Origin: a virus
Reading direction: 5' to 3' (one strand)
Length of the DNA: 64,000 bases
IMG/VR virus record: IMGVR_UViG_3300037070_001066
Location: 1-64,000 of that record
The notes beneath the pieces were generated by a model. It saw nothing but the letters and a program-made list of their open reading frames with translations, was not told the DNA's origin and did no database searches. Positions 38,970 through 49,097 of this stretch are shown in pieces. Position 1 is the stretch's first letter, and each line of letters begins with the position of its first letter. Both the position numbers and the translations under genes were made by a program.

Positions 38970-39575
38970 ATGATGATTGATTTAAATGGAAGTGAGTTTA
39001 ATAGACCAACAGTGTCTATTTTCAATAATGGTGTAGCGGGAAGAGTTAATAACGTTACTATGAGTGTTGAACGTGTTCATAAGCTAGATATGGCGGATAA
39101 GAATCCAGATTATCAGGTTATATTCACAGACGAGATTGGTAGTATCAATTTAGGGATTTATTACCCAGGTGAGGAATCTACAGATTCTAAAAATAAGATC
39201 TTAGCACAGAAATGTACAGATTTAGTTAAAGCTGTGGCAGGAGATAATTATATATTTCCATCATATAACTCTTACAAAGAAATGGTCGATTCTTGTATGA
39301 AAATTATTTCTGAGAACAGTAAAGGCAAATTGGTAAACGTAATGGCTACGTATGGTACTGTTGGATTCCCTAAGAAATTCTTAGGTATTTACAAAAACTT
39401 TAATTTTGTTGAGGCAGCTGGTTCTACTCCGACTAAATTAAAAGTATCTAAGAATCCAAACAAAGCTGAATACGATGATTTGTTTGAAAGAATTGTTGAA
39501 GACGCTCCTCTTGGAAGCGTAGATATTAGTCGTATAGTTGAACAAACTCCGACTAAGTCACCTTGGGCATTGTAA
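38970..39575 (+). CDS. Putative single-stranded DNA-binding protein
   Basis: Lies between Sak4-like ATPase and primase; beta-rich; PW-type C-terminal tail; own terminator. Confidence 0.45.
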   Translation: MMIDLNGSEFNRPTVSIFNNGVAGRVNNVTMSVERVHKLDMADKNPDYQVIFTDEIGSINLGIYYPGEESTDSKNKILAQKCTDLVKAVAGDNYIFPSYNSYKEMVDSCMKIISENSKGKLVNVMATYGTVGFPKKFLGIYKNFNFVEAAGSTPTKLKVSKNPNKAEYDDLFERIVEDAPLGSVDISRIVEQTPTKSPWAL

Positions 39576-39583
39576 TATTTAAT

Positions 39584-39612
39584 AGAGGGGGGCAGAAATG
39601 CCCCTTTTCTTT
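39584..39612 (+). terminator. Intrinsic terminator
   Basis: GGGGCA-GAAA-TGCCCC-TTTTCTTT. Confidence 0.8.
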
Positions 39613-39626
39613 AATAAACAAAAAAG

Positions 39627-40658
39627 ATGACAGAAATAAATTTAAATAAAGTTTTTGTTACAAAATCTAATCTTTTGAATCATATATCAGACTATGAAAT
39701 ATACAAAATGTATATAGGTAACACTGCTATAAATACAAAAGGGAGGATAAGATCTCCGTTAAGAGAAGATGAATCTCCTTCATTTGGATTCTTTATTGGA
39801 GAGACTGGTGAATTATGTTTTAAAGACTTTGTTCTTGGTTCAGGTGATTGTGTAAGGTTTGTTATGTTTAAATTTGGACTTACTTATTTTGAAGCATTAA
39901 GCCAGATTGCAATAGACGCTAACTTAGATGATAAATTTATTATAAAAGCTTCGTTTAAAACAAGCGTAATAAGTGACAGTAAAGGAAAAAGAGAAGACTT
40001 CGTTAAAACAGTAAATTCGAACTATCTTGGTAAAACAAGTAGGAATTGGGAAATAAGAGACTACGTCTTTTGGAATCAATTTGGTATAACTAAGCCAATA
40101 TTAGAGAGGTATAATGTTCAACCTGTAGCATATCTACATGTTGGAATAGATAAGAAGATAGTTAAACCTGATTTTCATACGTATTGTTACAATGAAATGA
40201 AAGATGGAATTAATTCTTTTAAAATATATCAACCTAATAAAGAGGAATACAAATGGTTAAACAACCATAATGATTCTGTATGGCAAGGATGGACTCAATT
40301 ACCAGAAAAAGGAGATACTCTTATAATTACTAAATCATTAAAAGATGTTATGGCTATTGCTGGAGTAACAGGAATACCTGCTGTAAGCTTACAAGCTGAA
40401 GGTAGTAAACCTAAACAAAGCGTGATAGACGAACTTCAAGAAAGATTTGAAACTATATTCGTATTATATGACAACGATTATGATAAAACTGTCAATTGGG
40501 GTAGAGAGTTTGGACGAAAACTTTCTAGCGCACATGGATTTTGTCAAGTTGAAATAGAAGAGGCTTATAGATCAAAGGATTTCAGTGACTTAGTAATGAA
40601 TCATGGCGAAAAGCTTTCAAGAAAATACTTAGAAGAACTAATAGAAAGACCTTTTTAA
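39627..40658 (+). CDS. DnaG-like primase (crAss-like)
   Basis: SPLREDESPSF, FKDF..GSGDC, IITKSLKDVM, YDND, KDFSD Toprim motifs. Confidence 0.8.
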   Translation: MTEINLNKVFVTKSNLLNHISDYEIYKMYIGNTAINTKGRIRSPLREDESPSFGFFIGETGELCFKDFVLGSGDCVRFVMFKFGLTYFEALSQIAIDANLDDKFIIKASFKTSVISDSKGKREDFVKTVNSNYLGKTSRNWEIRDYVFWNQFGITKPILERYNVQPVAYLHVGIDKKIVKPDFHTYCYNEMKDGINSFKIYQPNKEEYKWLNNHNDSVWQGWTQLPEKGDTLIITKSLKDVMAIAGVTGIPAVSLQAEGSKPKQSVIDELQERFETIFVLYDNDYDKTVNWGREFGRKLSSAHGFCQVEIEEAYRSKDFSDLVMNHGEKLSRKYLEELIERPF

Positions 40659-40660
40659 AA

Positions 40661-41083
40661 ATGGAAGAAAAAATCATAGTTGGAGTATATGATGGCCTTA
40701 GAAAAAATGGAGAATCTCATGATTTATTTATGTCAAAAGCTAACTACTTAGGCACATTTTATACTGAGCCAGAATTCTCACTATTTTCATTCTCTAAAAA
40801 ATATCCAGCACTAAGTTTAGGAGGTTCCACTTCTGTTTTGTTAGAAGTCTATGAGGTTACTGAAGAAATTTTAAAGACAATAGATTACTATGAAGGGTGT
40901 AATGACATAGATCCTTATATGAATATCTATAATAAAGCAGAGATTGAAACTCCGTTTGGTGAATGTATTATCTATATCTACAACAGGATGGTAGTAAACA
41001 AGCCGCTTATTGAATCAGGTGATTGGTTTAGATTTAAAAAAGAAGTAAGACAACGAATAGAAGAAACAAGAAAAATAGTATAA
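40661..41083 (+). CDS. Second gamma-glutamylcyclotransferase (GGACT-like)
   Basis: GVYDGLRK, YPAL, EVYEV, DYYEG, YIY, GDW; paralogue of 33750. Confidence 0.75.
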   Translation: MEEKIIVGVYDGLRKNGESHDLFMSKANYLGTFYTEPEFSLFSFSKKYPALSLGGSTSVLLEVYEVTEEILKTIDYYEGCNDIDPYMNIYNKAEIETPFGECIIYIYNRMVVNKPLIESGDWFRFKKEVRQRIEETRKIV

Positions 41084-41086
41084 ATC

Positions 41087-41965
41087 ATGGTAATAAACAT
41101 TAATTCAAAAAAGAAAGTAGGAGATGTTCTATTATCAGTTGCATTAAGAACTGGTAAATATGTTCCAATGATTAGAAGCAGACATCCTTCTCATGCAGGT
41201 TTAAGAAGAGCTTTACCTAAACTTCCGTTTAGAAGTGTCATCAGACTAGGCTCTCTGACTGTATTAGAGGACGATAGCAGCAAGAAAGGGAACAGGGTGG
41301 AACTGAACAGTGCATTGGCTATAAAGAATAGCTCTAGCAAGCTTAAAATGAAGCAATGTTTTACTCAAGGAGGCGTTAAAACAGCTGAATGGATATATTC
41401 TACAAGTGAGAATGATATCATAAATTGGCTGAAGGAATATCCAATTGTGGCTAAAAGCCATATGGGTTCTCGCGGAAGAGGAAATACATTGTTGAAAACT
41501 GAAGCTGAAGTAAGAGCTTTTATTAGAAGCAAGGATCTTTCACATTACATTTTTGAAAAGTATTATAACTACAACAAGGAGTATAGATTGCATGTCAGTG
41601 CTGACGGTTGCTTTTATGCTTGTAGAAAAATGCTTAAGAATGAATTTAAAGATCATCCTAATGCGTGGCAAAGACATGATGACAATTGTTCTTGGATACT
41701 TGAAGAGAATGAAATGTTTGACAAACCTACAAATTGGGCTAATATAATTGATCATTGCGTTAAAGCATTGATTAGTTGTGGTCTTGATTTTGGAGCATGT
41801 GATTTGAGAGTTCAAAACAATATTGATAAAGAAGGAGTTAGAAGACTTCAACCTGACTTCATTGTTGTAGAGATTAATTCTGCGCCATCATTTGGTAAAG
41901 TTACTCTTGAAAAATACAAAGAAGTATTACCTCAACTTTTAGTTAAAAAACATGAAAATCGTTAA
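41087..41965 (+). CDS. ATP-grasp peptide ligase (RimK-like)
   Basis: SSKLKMK, YPIVAK..GSRGRG, FEKYY..KEYRLHV, GLDFGACD, VEINSAPS. Confidence 0.85.
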   Translation: MVININSKKKVGDVLLSVALRTGKYVPMIRSRHPSHAGLRRALPKLPFRSVIRLGSLTVLEDDSSKKGNRVELNSALAIKNSSSKLKMKQCFTQGGVKTAEWIYSTSENDIINWLKEYPIVAKSHMGSRGRGNTLLKTEAEVRAFIRSKDLSHYIFEKYYNYNKEYRLHVSADGCFYACRKMLKNEFKDHPNAWQRHDDNCSWILEENEMFDKPTNWANIIDHCVKALISCGLDFGACDLRVQNNIDKEGVRRLQPDFIVVEINSAPSFGKVTLEKYKEVLPQLLVKKHENR

Positions 41966-42173
41966 AAAAGGAGATGAACCAACTTTTGTTCCTATAACCT
42001 TATATATTACTATAGAGAGCAAAGAGGAGCAAGAGACGTTATTATCATTATTTAAAACAATAACTTCTCATGAGTTAACAACAATTGCTTTAAAGAATAC
42101 AAAAGAACATCTTAACCAAAAGGTTATTAGCACATTTATAGGAGGTTTTTATAATTCATTATTAGATAAATAA
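41952..42173 (+). CDS. Hypothetical protein
   Basis: 73-aa ORF within the cluster. Confidence 0.45.
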   Translation: MKIVKKGDEPTFVPITLYITIESKEEQETLLSLFKTITSHELTTIALKNTKEHLNQKVISTFIGGFYNSLLDK

Positions 42174-42180
42174 AAAAAAC

Positions 42181-42921
42181 ATGAAAAAAATAATTGGAGT
42201 TTATGCTGATGTAGCAAATGGTAGAGTTGGTCAAACAGCTCCGTATATGCAATTCTTAGGTCAATTTGGTAATGTACGTTTAATACTACCTACTGACAAT
42301 TTAAGAGAGGTTGCAAAAAGTATTGATATGTTAGTATTGCCTGGAGGTTCTGATATAAATTCTGCCAAATATAATCAAGCGCCAGATATTATGACAGGAC
42401 GTCCTAATATGCATTTTGATTATTTAGATGCTAATCTGTTGCCTTTGGTAATTGAGATGAAGAAACCTATTTTAGGTATTTGTCGAGGTATGCAAGCATT
42501 AAATGTTCACTTTGGTGGTACATTAAATCAGCATGTTATTGGTCATCACCAAGGAGACAATCGTGCTGCTACAAAGCAAGAAATTCAATTTGAAGACGGA
42601 AAGAAACCGCATATGATTAACTCTATGCACCATCAATCTGTTAACATTTTAGGAGATGGTTTTGAAATTGTAGCTTATAGCCAATGTTATCAAGGATGTT
42701 ATTCTGAAAAGAAACATGTTAGAAACTGGTATTTTGTTGATGACAAGAAGAAGAAAGAATTCTTTGAATGTATTGTCATCATTGAGATGATTAAGCACAA
42801 AAATCTTCCTATTGTTGGAGTTCAATGGCATCCAGAGGAGTTCAATTGTAAAGTTACAGTTGATTGTATTAACACTTTATTAAAAGAATATGAAGAAAAA
42901 GTTAGCAGTCCTAGTAAATGA
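42181..42921 (+). CDS. Class I glutamine amidotransferase / peptidase C26 (PuuD-like)
   Basis: LPGGSD, GICRGMQ, NSMHHQ, VQWHPE. Confidence 0.88.
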   Translation: MKKIIGVYADVANGRVGQTAPYMQFLGQFGNVRLILPTDNLREVAKSIDMLVLPGGSDINSAKYNQAPDIMTGRPNMHFDYLDANLLPLVIEMKKPILGICRGMQALNVHFGGTLNQHVIGHHQGDNRAATKQEIQFEDGKKPHMINSMHHQSVNILGDGFEIVAYSQCYQGCYSEKKHVRNWYFVDDKKKKEFFECIVIIEMIKHKNLPIVGVQWHPEEFNCKVTVDCINTLLKEYEEKVSSPSK

Positions 42922-43570
42922 TTCAGCAGATTATGAATCTTATGTTGCGTTCCTTAAACTAAAATATGATATTGAGCTTGTAAAGCTTTCTTCTATTGCA
43001 AAGAAAGAAACGATTCCTGAGATTGATTTAATGTTGTTTACTGGAGGAGAAGATGTTGATCCAGCTTATTACAATGAGAAACCTGGAAAAAGAACATTCT
43101 ATAATCCTTCAAGAGACAATGATGAATCTAAAATGTTTAGAATGCTAAATCAAAAGATTCCAAAACTTGGAATTTGTAGAGGAAGTCAATTCTTAACTGT
43201 AATGAGTGGTGGTAAATTAATACAACATGTGGAAAATCATGGTATTGGTGGAACTCATTCAATTACATTTGATTATATTCATAATCATAAAATGCAGATT
43301 ACGTCAACGCATCACCAAATGATGTATCCTTTTGATTTATCAAAGAAAGAATATATACTTTGTGCTTATGCAACCAACTATTTAAGTCCTATATACTTAA
43401 ATGGTAATGACAGAAACATTGAAGTGCCTGAAGAATTCTTGGAGCCAGAGATTGTATTCTATCCTAGAAGTAATTCTTTAGCAATTCAAGGTCATCCTGA
43501 ATCTGGTATTATGTCAGATGATGGAAAAATGTTTATATTGAACTATATAGACAATGTATTAAAGCTTTAA
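42890..43570 (+). CDS. Second class I glutamine amidotransferase / peptidase C26
   Basis: FTGGEDV, GICRGSQ, STHHQ, IQGHPE. Confidence 0.88.
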   Translation: MKKKLAVLVNDSADYESYVAFLKLKYDIELVKLSSIAKKETIPEIDLMLFTGGEDVDPAYYNEKPGKRTFYNPSRDNDESKMFRMLNQKIPKLGICRGSQFLTVMSGGKLIQHVENHGIGGTHSITFDYIHNHKMQITSTHHQMMYPFDLSKKEYILCAYATNYLSPIYLNGNDRNIEVPEEFLEPEIVFYPRSNSLAIQGHPESGIMSDDGKMFILNYIDNVLKL

Positions 43571-43595
43571 CATTAAACCTTTAAATTATAAAAAC

Positions 43596-44414
43596 ATGGA
43601 AAAAATTGTAGAAAACAAGCATGGAGTTACCTTAGGTAGTGATCCTGAGATTTTTATATGTAATGCTGAAGAGATCGTCTCAGCAGAAGGTTTAACAGGT
43701 GGAACGAAACACGATCCCGTTCCAATTAGCGAGGAAGGACATATGATTCAAGAAGATGGTATTGCTCTCGAGTATAACATACCAGCTTGCTCCACAGTAG
43801 AGGAGTTTATTGCTCATCATGAATTTGTTCAAGACTATTTTAAAGTTTTAATCGCCGCTCATGGTTATGAGTTTAGCAAAGAAAGAAGTGCGGATATTAA
43901 TCCAATCTTCTTGCAAACTGAGCAAGCTCAAACATTTGGGTGTGAACCTGATTATAACGTTTATACTAGAAGCGAGAACGAAGCTCCTGAATCAGGACAG
44001 AATTTAAGATGTGTTGGAGGTCATATTCACATTGGATATCCAGATCCAGACCAAGACGTTACTGAGAAAATTGTAATGATGTTTGACATGTTTGCAACCT
44101 TGCCATCTCTATTTAAAGACAATGATACGCGTCGTAGAGAATTGTATGGTAAAGCCGGTAGTTTTAGGTTTAAGATTTTTGGATTAGAATGTAGAGCATT
44201 GTCTAACTTTTGGATTCATACAAGAGAAGACATGACTTGGGTATGGAATCAAACAATGAGAGCTGTTAATTGTGTTCTTGACGGAGAGTCTGATGCTTTA
44301 ATTGAAAAGTATTCTTCTGATGTTAGAAATGCAATTAATACTGCTGATTTAAAATTAGCAGCTGAATTGATGATCATGATTGATCATGAAGTACAAAAAG
44401 AAGTGGTAGAATAG
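43596..44414 (+). CDS. phiEco32-like COOH-NH2 ligase (glutamine-synthetase fold)
   Basis: LGSDPEIF, QEDGIALE, FGCEPD, GGHIHIG, RRELYGKAGSFR, ECRALSNFW. Confidence 0.85.
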   Translation: MEKIVENKHGVTLGSDPEIFICNAEEIVSAEGLTGGTKHDPVPISEEGHMIQEDGIALEYNIPACSTVEEFIAHHEFVQDYFKVLIAAHGYEFSKERSADINPIFLQTEQAQTFGCEPDYNVYTRSENEAPESGQNLRCVGGHIHIGYPDPDQDVTEKIVMMFDMFATLPSLFKDNDTRRRELYGKAGSFRFKIFGLECRALSNFWIHTREDMTWVWNQTMRAVNCVLDGESDALIEKYSSDVRNAINTADLKLAAELMIMIDHEVQKEVVE

Positions 44415-44435
44415 ACAAACAAACAAGACTAAATA

Positions 44436-46403
44436 ATGGAAATAAAAATTTTATTACTACTATTATTAGCACATTATATACTCTTCTTTCTATTTAGAGG
44501 GAAGGGTGATGTGCTCGCTTGCGGTATATTTGGATGGTCTGGAAGCAGAACTACAAGATTTAACAAGCAAAAATTTGATATTCTAGGACTTTTTAACAAT
44601 TCAAGAGGTGGAGATTCATGTGGAGTGTCTACAGATGGAGAAATCTATTATGGTACACTTTTAAACAAAAGTTATGATGACTTTGTTGTTAACAAGAATT
44701 ATCTTTCTCCTGTAAGAATTCCTGTTGTTATTGGACATTCTCGTAAAGCAAGTGTTGGAGCTGTAAGTGAAACAAATGCTCATCCATTTGGATTTGGAGA
44801 TTTAGGAGAAGGTCATGCTTTTATTGGGTGTCATAATGGTACTTTAAGCAATTATGAGGAACTTGGTAAAAAATATGAAGTCGAAACTTCTGTCTACAGT
44901 GAAAGAAATATGTTCCTAAGGACTAAAGTAGATTCTGAAATACTATTGGAGATACTATATAAAACTAAAGATACGGAAGTATTACAAGAATATATAGGAG
45001 GAGCTGCTTTATTATTCCAAAATTTAGAAGAACCTAACACATTATTTGCATTTCATGGAGCTTCTAAAAAAGAAGTTGGAGATAGAGGTGAAACTTTATA
45101 CGAAGAAAGACCTTTATATTACTATCAAGAAGCAAAAGATTCAGTTTACATTTCTTCAATAGAAGAAGCTTTAATATTCATAGGTGGAGAAAAAGACAAA
45201 ACTGTTTTTGAATTTGATCACAATCTTTTGTACAAAATCAAAGATGGAAATGTTGATAAAGCTGTAACTTATGAAGTGGACAGGAGAGGAGCTGGCCAAA
45301 AGAAACCCTATGGGGGTGCGGGTTTTTGCATGGGTGGGACGGCTACTGGGACTAATACTGCCAGAAACCACGGTCCTGCCAAAAGGGGAAAGCGAAAAGA
45401 AAGAAGTAAATCTAGACGGTTCAAACAAATAGCAAATGTCGCAAATATATACGATGAAACTGTTATTGAGGGAGACTTTAAATCTGCAATATATTATAAC
45501 AAATTAAGATATTGGAGAAATGGTCACTTAATAGATGGTGTTTTCACATATATTAAAGGATTTGGTTTGTATAAGATCGGAGATCAAGCTTCTGATTCAA
45601 ATAATAAATTGTATCAATTGATGGGAGAACACTTTAGTCTTGAAGATGGTATGTTTTTAGATACTGTTTATTTAGAACAAAGACTCGCTCTTGATGAAAC
45701 TATATTTGTACCATTTGAATTTAGTACAAAGGAACCACCTGTATTCTTCTTTCATAATGGAATCATGCTAGAAACAATGCATGACTTTGCTGCATTAAAT
45801 GGAGAGTATGCAAGTAAATTTTCCTTTGAACATTTATCGCAAATGTCTAAATACCCTATCTGTAGAATGCGCAAGAATCGGCCAGACAATAACAGACAAG
45901 AAATACTTTATAATGGTCAGCCTTATACCAATAATTTTATACCTTTGCAATGTAATAATTGCTACAATATTGAAAATGGTAATTTAATCAATATAGATAG
46001 GTTAGAAGAAATTGTTGTGAAAGAAGCTGAAATTTGTTGTTCTGTTAAGATTCCTTCTACTAATGAGGTGATACAGTTGCCCATGGAATTTGATGCTCCA
46101 ATTATGGGGCCGAATAGTTTGATCAATGCATATCATCCTGCTAGACCAACTGTTGAATTTCTGGATGAAGATCCTCCTATTGAAGATTATTTCCAAAAAA
46201 AGGGAGATGATGAAAAGGTTTTGAGCATCATTAATAAGCACATTATGCCAGTTTACACACAATTGCAAACTTGTAATGAGGATCTTAAAAATGAAGAAGA
46301 TGAAACTATTCAAGAGCTTATTGACTTAAACAAGGATTACTTATTGAGTGTTGACTGTATTGTTGAATCAAAATCCAAAGAAAATGAAGGAGAAGCTAGT
46401 TAA
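44436..46403 (+). CDS. Class II (Ntn) glutamine amidotransferase-like protein with a 28-aa hydrophobic leader
   Basis: CGIFG at aa 29, RGGDSCG, GHSRKAS, NAHPF, HNGTL, VDSE, ERPL. Confidence 0.85.
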   Translation: MEIKILLLLLLAHYILFFLFRGKGDVLACGIFGWSGSRTTRFNKQKFDILGLFNNSRGGDSCGVSTDGEIYYGTLLNKSYDDFVVNKNYLSPVRIPVVIGHSRKASVGAVSETNAHPFGFGDLGEGHAFIGCHNGTLSNYEELGKKYEVETSVYSERNMFLRTKVDSEILLEILYKTKDTEVLQEYIGGAALLFQNLEEPNTLFAFHGASKKEVGDRGETLYEERPLYYYQEAKDSVYISSIEEALIFIGGEKDKTVFEFDHNLLYKIKDGNVDKAVTYEVDRRGAGQKKPYGGAGFCMGGTATGTNTARNHGPAKRGKRKERSKSRRFKQIANVANIYDETVIEGDFKSAIYYNKLRYWRNGHLIDGVFTYIKGFGLYKIGDQASDSNNKLYQLMGEHFSLEDGMFLDTVYLEQRLALDETIFVPFEFSTKEPPVFFFHNGIMLETMHDFAALNGEYASKFSFEHLSQMSKYPICRMRKNRPDNNRQEILYNGQPYTNNFIPLQCNNCYNIENGNLINIDRLEEIVVKEAEICCSVKIPSTNEVIQLPMEFDAPIMGPNSLINAYHPARPTVEFLDEDPPIEDYFQKKGDDEKVLSIINKHIMPVYTQLQTCNEDLKNEEDETIQELIDLNKDYLLSVDCIVESKSKENEGEAS

Positions 46404-48396
46404 AACAATTAAAGGAGAAGATCGTAATGAGAAAGACTGTAGACTTATTGATGGACAATACTATTATATAGGGGACATCCATAGAGAAAACTCTGGAGAT
46501 ATATATCTAATTAACAATAGATATATAAGAGCGTCTACTGAAAGAATCGTATTCGATCATTTTGAAGGTGAGTATAAGTTGAAAAATAGCAGTTTAACTC
46601 ATGGTATAATTGATATTGAAGACGGAACTCCTGTATTTGGTTATTTCTCTAAAAATGATCTTTATAACGTAAAGGTTATAGTTAAGGATTTGAGCGAAAG
46701 AGTTGCAATTTCAGCAAATGTACTTGGATATGAATTCAGAGAAAGAAGATCTGATGGAGTGTTCTATCACATTTCCCTTTTAGATGCTAATAAGTTTAAC
46801 CTGCTTAGAGGTATTTCAAGAGAAATAAAAGAAAGCTTTCCTTATGATTCTAAAGGGTCTATTGCTAAAATTACAAAAACATTTGAGTCTAATTACAAAC
46901 CTGTTATTTGTAGAAATGCAGAAATTGTAGGTAAAACTTTAAAGGATTATACATTTGGATTAGAGTTTGAAACATGTGCTGGAATAATACCTAATAATAA
47001 ATTAGTATACTTGCCATTAATACCATTGAGAGATGGTTCAATTAGCGGTATAGAATATGCTACAATTCCATTAAAAGGTCCAGTAGGAGTTCAAGCATTA
47101 ATTGATTCTGTAGATGAATTGAAAAGAAGAACATCCTATAGTGATGAATGCTCTTTACATATACATGTTGGTGGTATGCCAAGAACGACTGAGTATATAT
47201 TAGCATTCTACAAGACTATATCATTGTTGCAAAATGACATATTTTCAATGTTCCCGCTTTACAAGAAATATAATTTTGGCGTTAAACGTAAAAACTATAG
47301 CGCGCCATTTCCATTTGAAGAGATTAACTTTAGAATGGATCCGATCATAAATTATAATGATAAAAAGCAGGTTAATAAGAATTTTGATCATTTGTTCACA
47401 TATTTATCTGGAGGTGTAACTTTCGCAGAATATGGTAATGATTTAAGTCAAGTACTTGTACATCCTCAAGATCCTCAAGGAGCTGCTAAATGGAATATTA
47501 AGCATAGATATTCTTTTGTAAACTTAATTCCTTTAATATTTGGAAATCATCAAACTATTGAATTTAGAATTCATACACCAACGTATGATATAAATAAAAT
47601 ATTGGATTTCTTGATGTTGAATATTTATATAATTGATTATGTTAACATAAACTATAAATTGATTCTTGCAGGCAAAGATACTTTATCTATCATGAGACCA
47701 AGCTTGCAGTTTATGTTAAATGATTATGTAAATAACATTGAAGGAAGTAGTAGAAAAACTATATTTAATGAGTTAAATCGTTATATTAGTGAAAGAAAAC
47801 ATGCTTCTGAAGACATTGCAAGAACAAAAGGTGTTGTTTACCAAGAAGAAGACTTAAGACTTCCTAAAGGTTTAGGATTTAATACCTACAAATACCATAG
47901 ATCAAATGGATCTTATTTTTCAGCTTCATATCTTGAAGATATTCTATACGAAAGTAGTCTGAGTAGCTTTGACAGCCCTTTTGCTGAGGCTTCTATTAAA
48001 TTCGAAGATGTAAATCCTTCTGCTAAATTAAAACTTCGCAGTGATGTTGGAGTTTCTCCTAAAAGGAGGCCAAGAGATTTAGCTAGAGAGAAAGAAGTTT
48101 TAGAATCTTCAAGAAAAGCTCTTGAACAGATACAAGCATCTGAAAAAGAACGTTTAGATAAGGGGTTAGGTGGAGGTTTATATGAGCAAATGAGACAAGC
48201 TGCTGAAATTAGATATTCTCTTAAAGACAATGGAACTAGGCCTGTAATTTCAGATCCTGGAACTTTATCTGGACTTGGTGTATCTACTTTTGGAACTAGC
48301 GGCTCTGTTCAAGTTAAAGAAAGTTCTTATGATTGGACTCTTAAGGCTTCTAAGTCTAATGATGATTGGGAAGAATCTATACATAAACCAGAATAG
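46384..48396 (+). CDS. Putative amidoligase (Amidoligase_2-like); likely start MKEKL
   Basis: FGLEFE, DGSISG.EY, CSLHIHVG, RY..VN, TIEFR. Confidence 0.8.
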   Translation: MKEKLVKTIKGEDRNEKDCRLIDGQYYYIGDIHRENSGDIYLINNRYIRASTERIVFDHFEGEYKLKNSSLTHGIIDIEDGTPVFGYFSKNDLYNVKVIVKDLSERVAISANVLGYEFRERRSDGVFYHISLLDANKFNLLRGISREIKESFPYDSKGSIAKITKTFESNYKPVICRNAEIVGKTLKDYTFGLEFETCAGIIPNNKLVYLPLIPLRDGSISGIEYATIPLKGPVGVQALIDSVDELKRRTSYSDECSLHIHVGGMPRTTEYILAFYKTISLLQNDIFSMFPLYKKYNFGVKRKNYSAPFPFEEINFRMDPIINYNDKKQVNKNFDHLFTYLSGGVTFAEYGNDLSQVLVHPQDPQGAAKWNIKHRYSFVNLIPLIFGNHQTIEFRIHTPTYDINKILDFLMLNIYIIDYVNINYKLILAGKDTLSIMRPSLQFMLNDYVNNIEGSSRKTIFNELNRYISERKHASEDIARTKGVVYQEEDLRLPKGLGFNTYKYHRSNGSYFSASYLEDILYESSLSSFDSPFAEASIKFEDVNPSAKLKLRSDVGVSPKRRPRDLAREKEVLESSRKALEQIQASEKERLDKGLGGGLYEQMRQAAEIRYSLKDNGTRPVISDPGTLSGLGVSTFGTSGSVQVKESSYDWTLKASKSNDDWEESIHKPE

Positions 48397-48398
48397 AC

Positions 48399-49097
48399 AT
48401 GAAGGTAATCTATTACAAAGAAGATAGTAGCTTTAATTTGGCTGTTGATTATGGTAAAATGATTGGTAATGGTTGGTCTAGAAGATTGAAAGAATATCTT
48501 CACAGTAAGGATATGCAAGATACTATGTATGAAGTTTCTAAATTATACACTAACAAGCATTTAGCTATGTTTCCTGCAAAGGATCAAATTTTCGCTTCAT
48601 TAGGTAAAATGGATCTTACTGAGATTAATGTTGCCATAATAAATTGTAATCCTACGTTTAATTATAGAAGTAATGGCGTTGCCTTTTCTAATACATCTAA
48701 GCACAGAGGAGATATCGACCTTCAATTGTCTAACTTATTTGATAAGATAAACATCTATGAAAGAAGAACATCTTCTGCTGAGGATTACACTTTAGACCAT
48801 TGGATAGAACAAAGTGTGTTTTTATTCAATGTATCATTAACTGGATTCACTAGTTATAACCAACGTTCTTTATGGTTTGGATTCTCAAGAGCTGTTATTG
48901 AGACCATTAGTAGATGTAGGCAAGGATTAGTTTTCTTATTTATAGGTACAGAAGAACAATGCAAGCTTTACAGCGAAAAAGTCGACCAACGAAAACATAC
49001 GATTTTAAGACACGATACACTTAGCTATGACGCGCTAAATGAAGTCAACCTTGAAATCGATAGTATAGATGGTAAAGATTATAGAATTAAATGGTGA
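48399..49097 (+). CDS. Uracil-DNA glycosylase-fold protein with degenerate catalytic motifs
   Basis: FPAKDQIF, NGVAFS, WIEQSVFLFNVSLT; GQDPY replaced by NCNPT and HPS missing. Confidence 0.65.
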   Translation: MKVIYYKEDSSFNLAVDYGKMIGNGWSRRLKEYLHSKDMQDTMYEVSKLYTNKHLAMFPAKDQIFASLGKMDLTEINVAIINCNPTFNYRSNGVAFSNTSKHRGDIDLQLSNLFDKINIYERRTSSAEDYTLDHWIEQSVFLFNVSLTGFTSYNQRSLWFGFSRAVIETISRCRQGLVFLFIGTEEQCKLYSEKVDQRKHTILRHDTLSYDALNEVNLEIDSIDGKDYRIKW

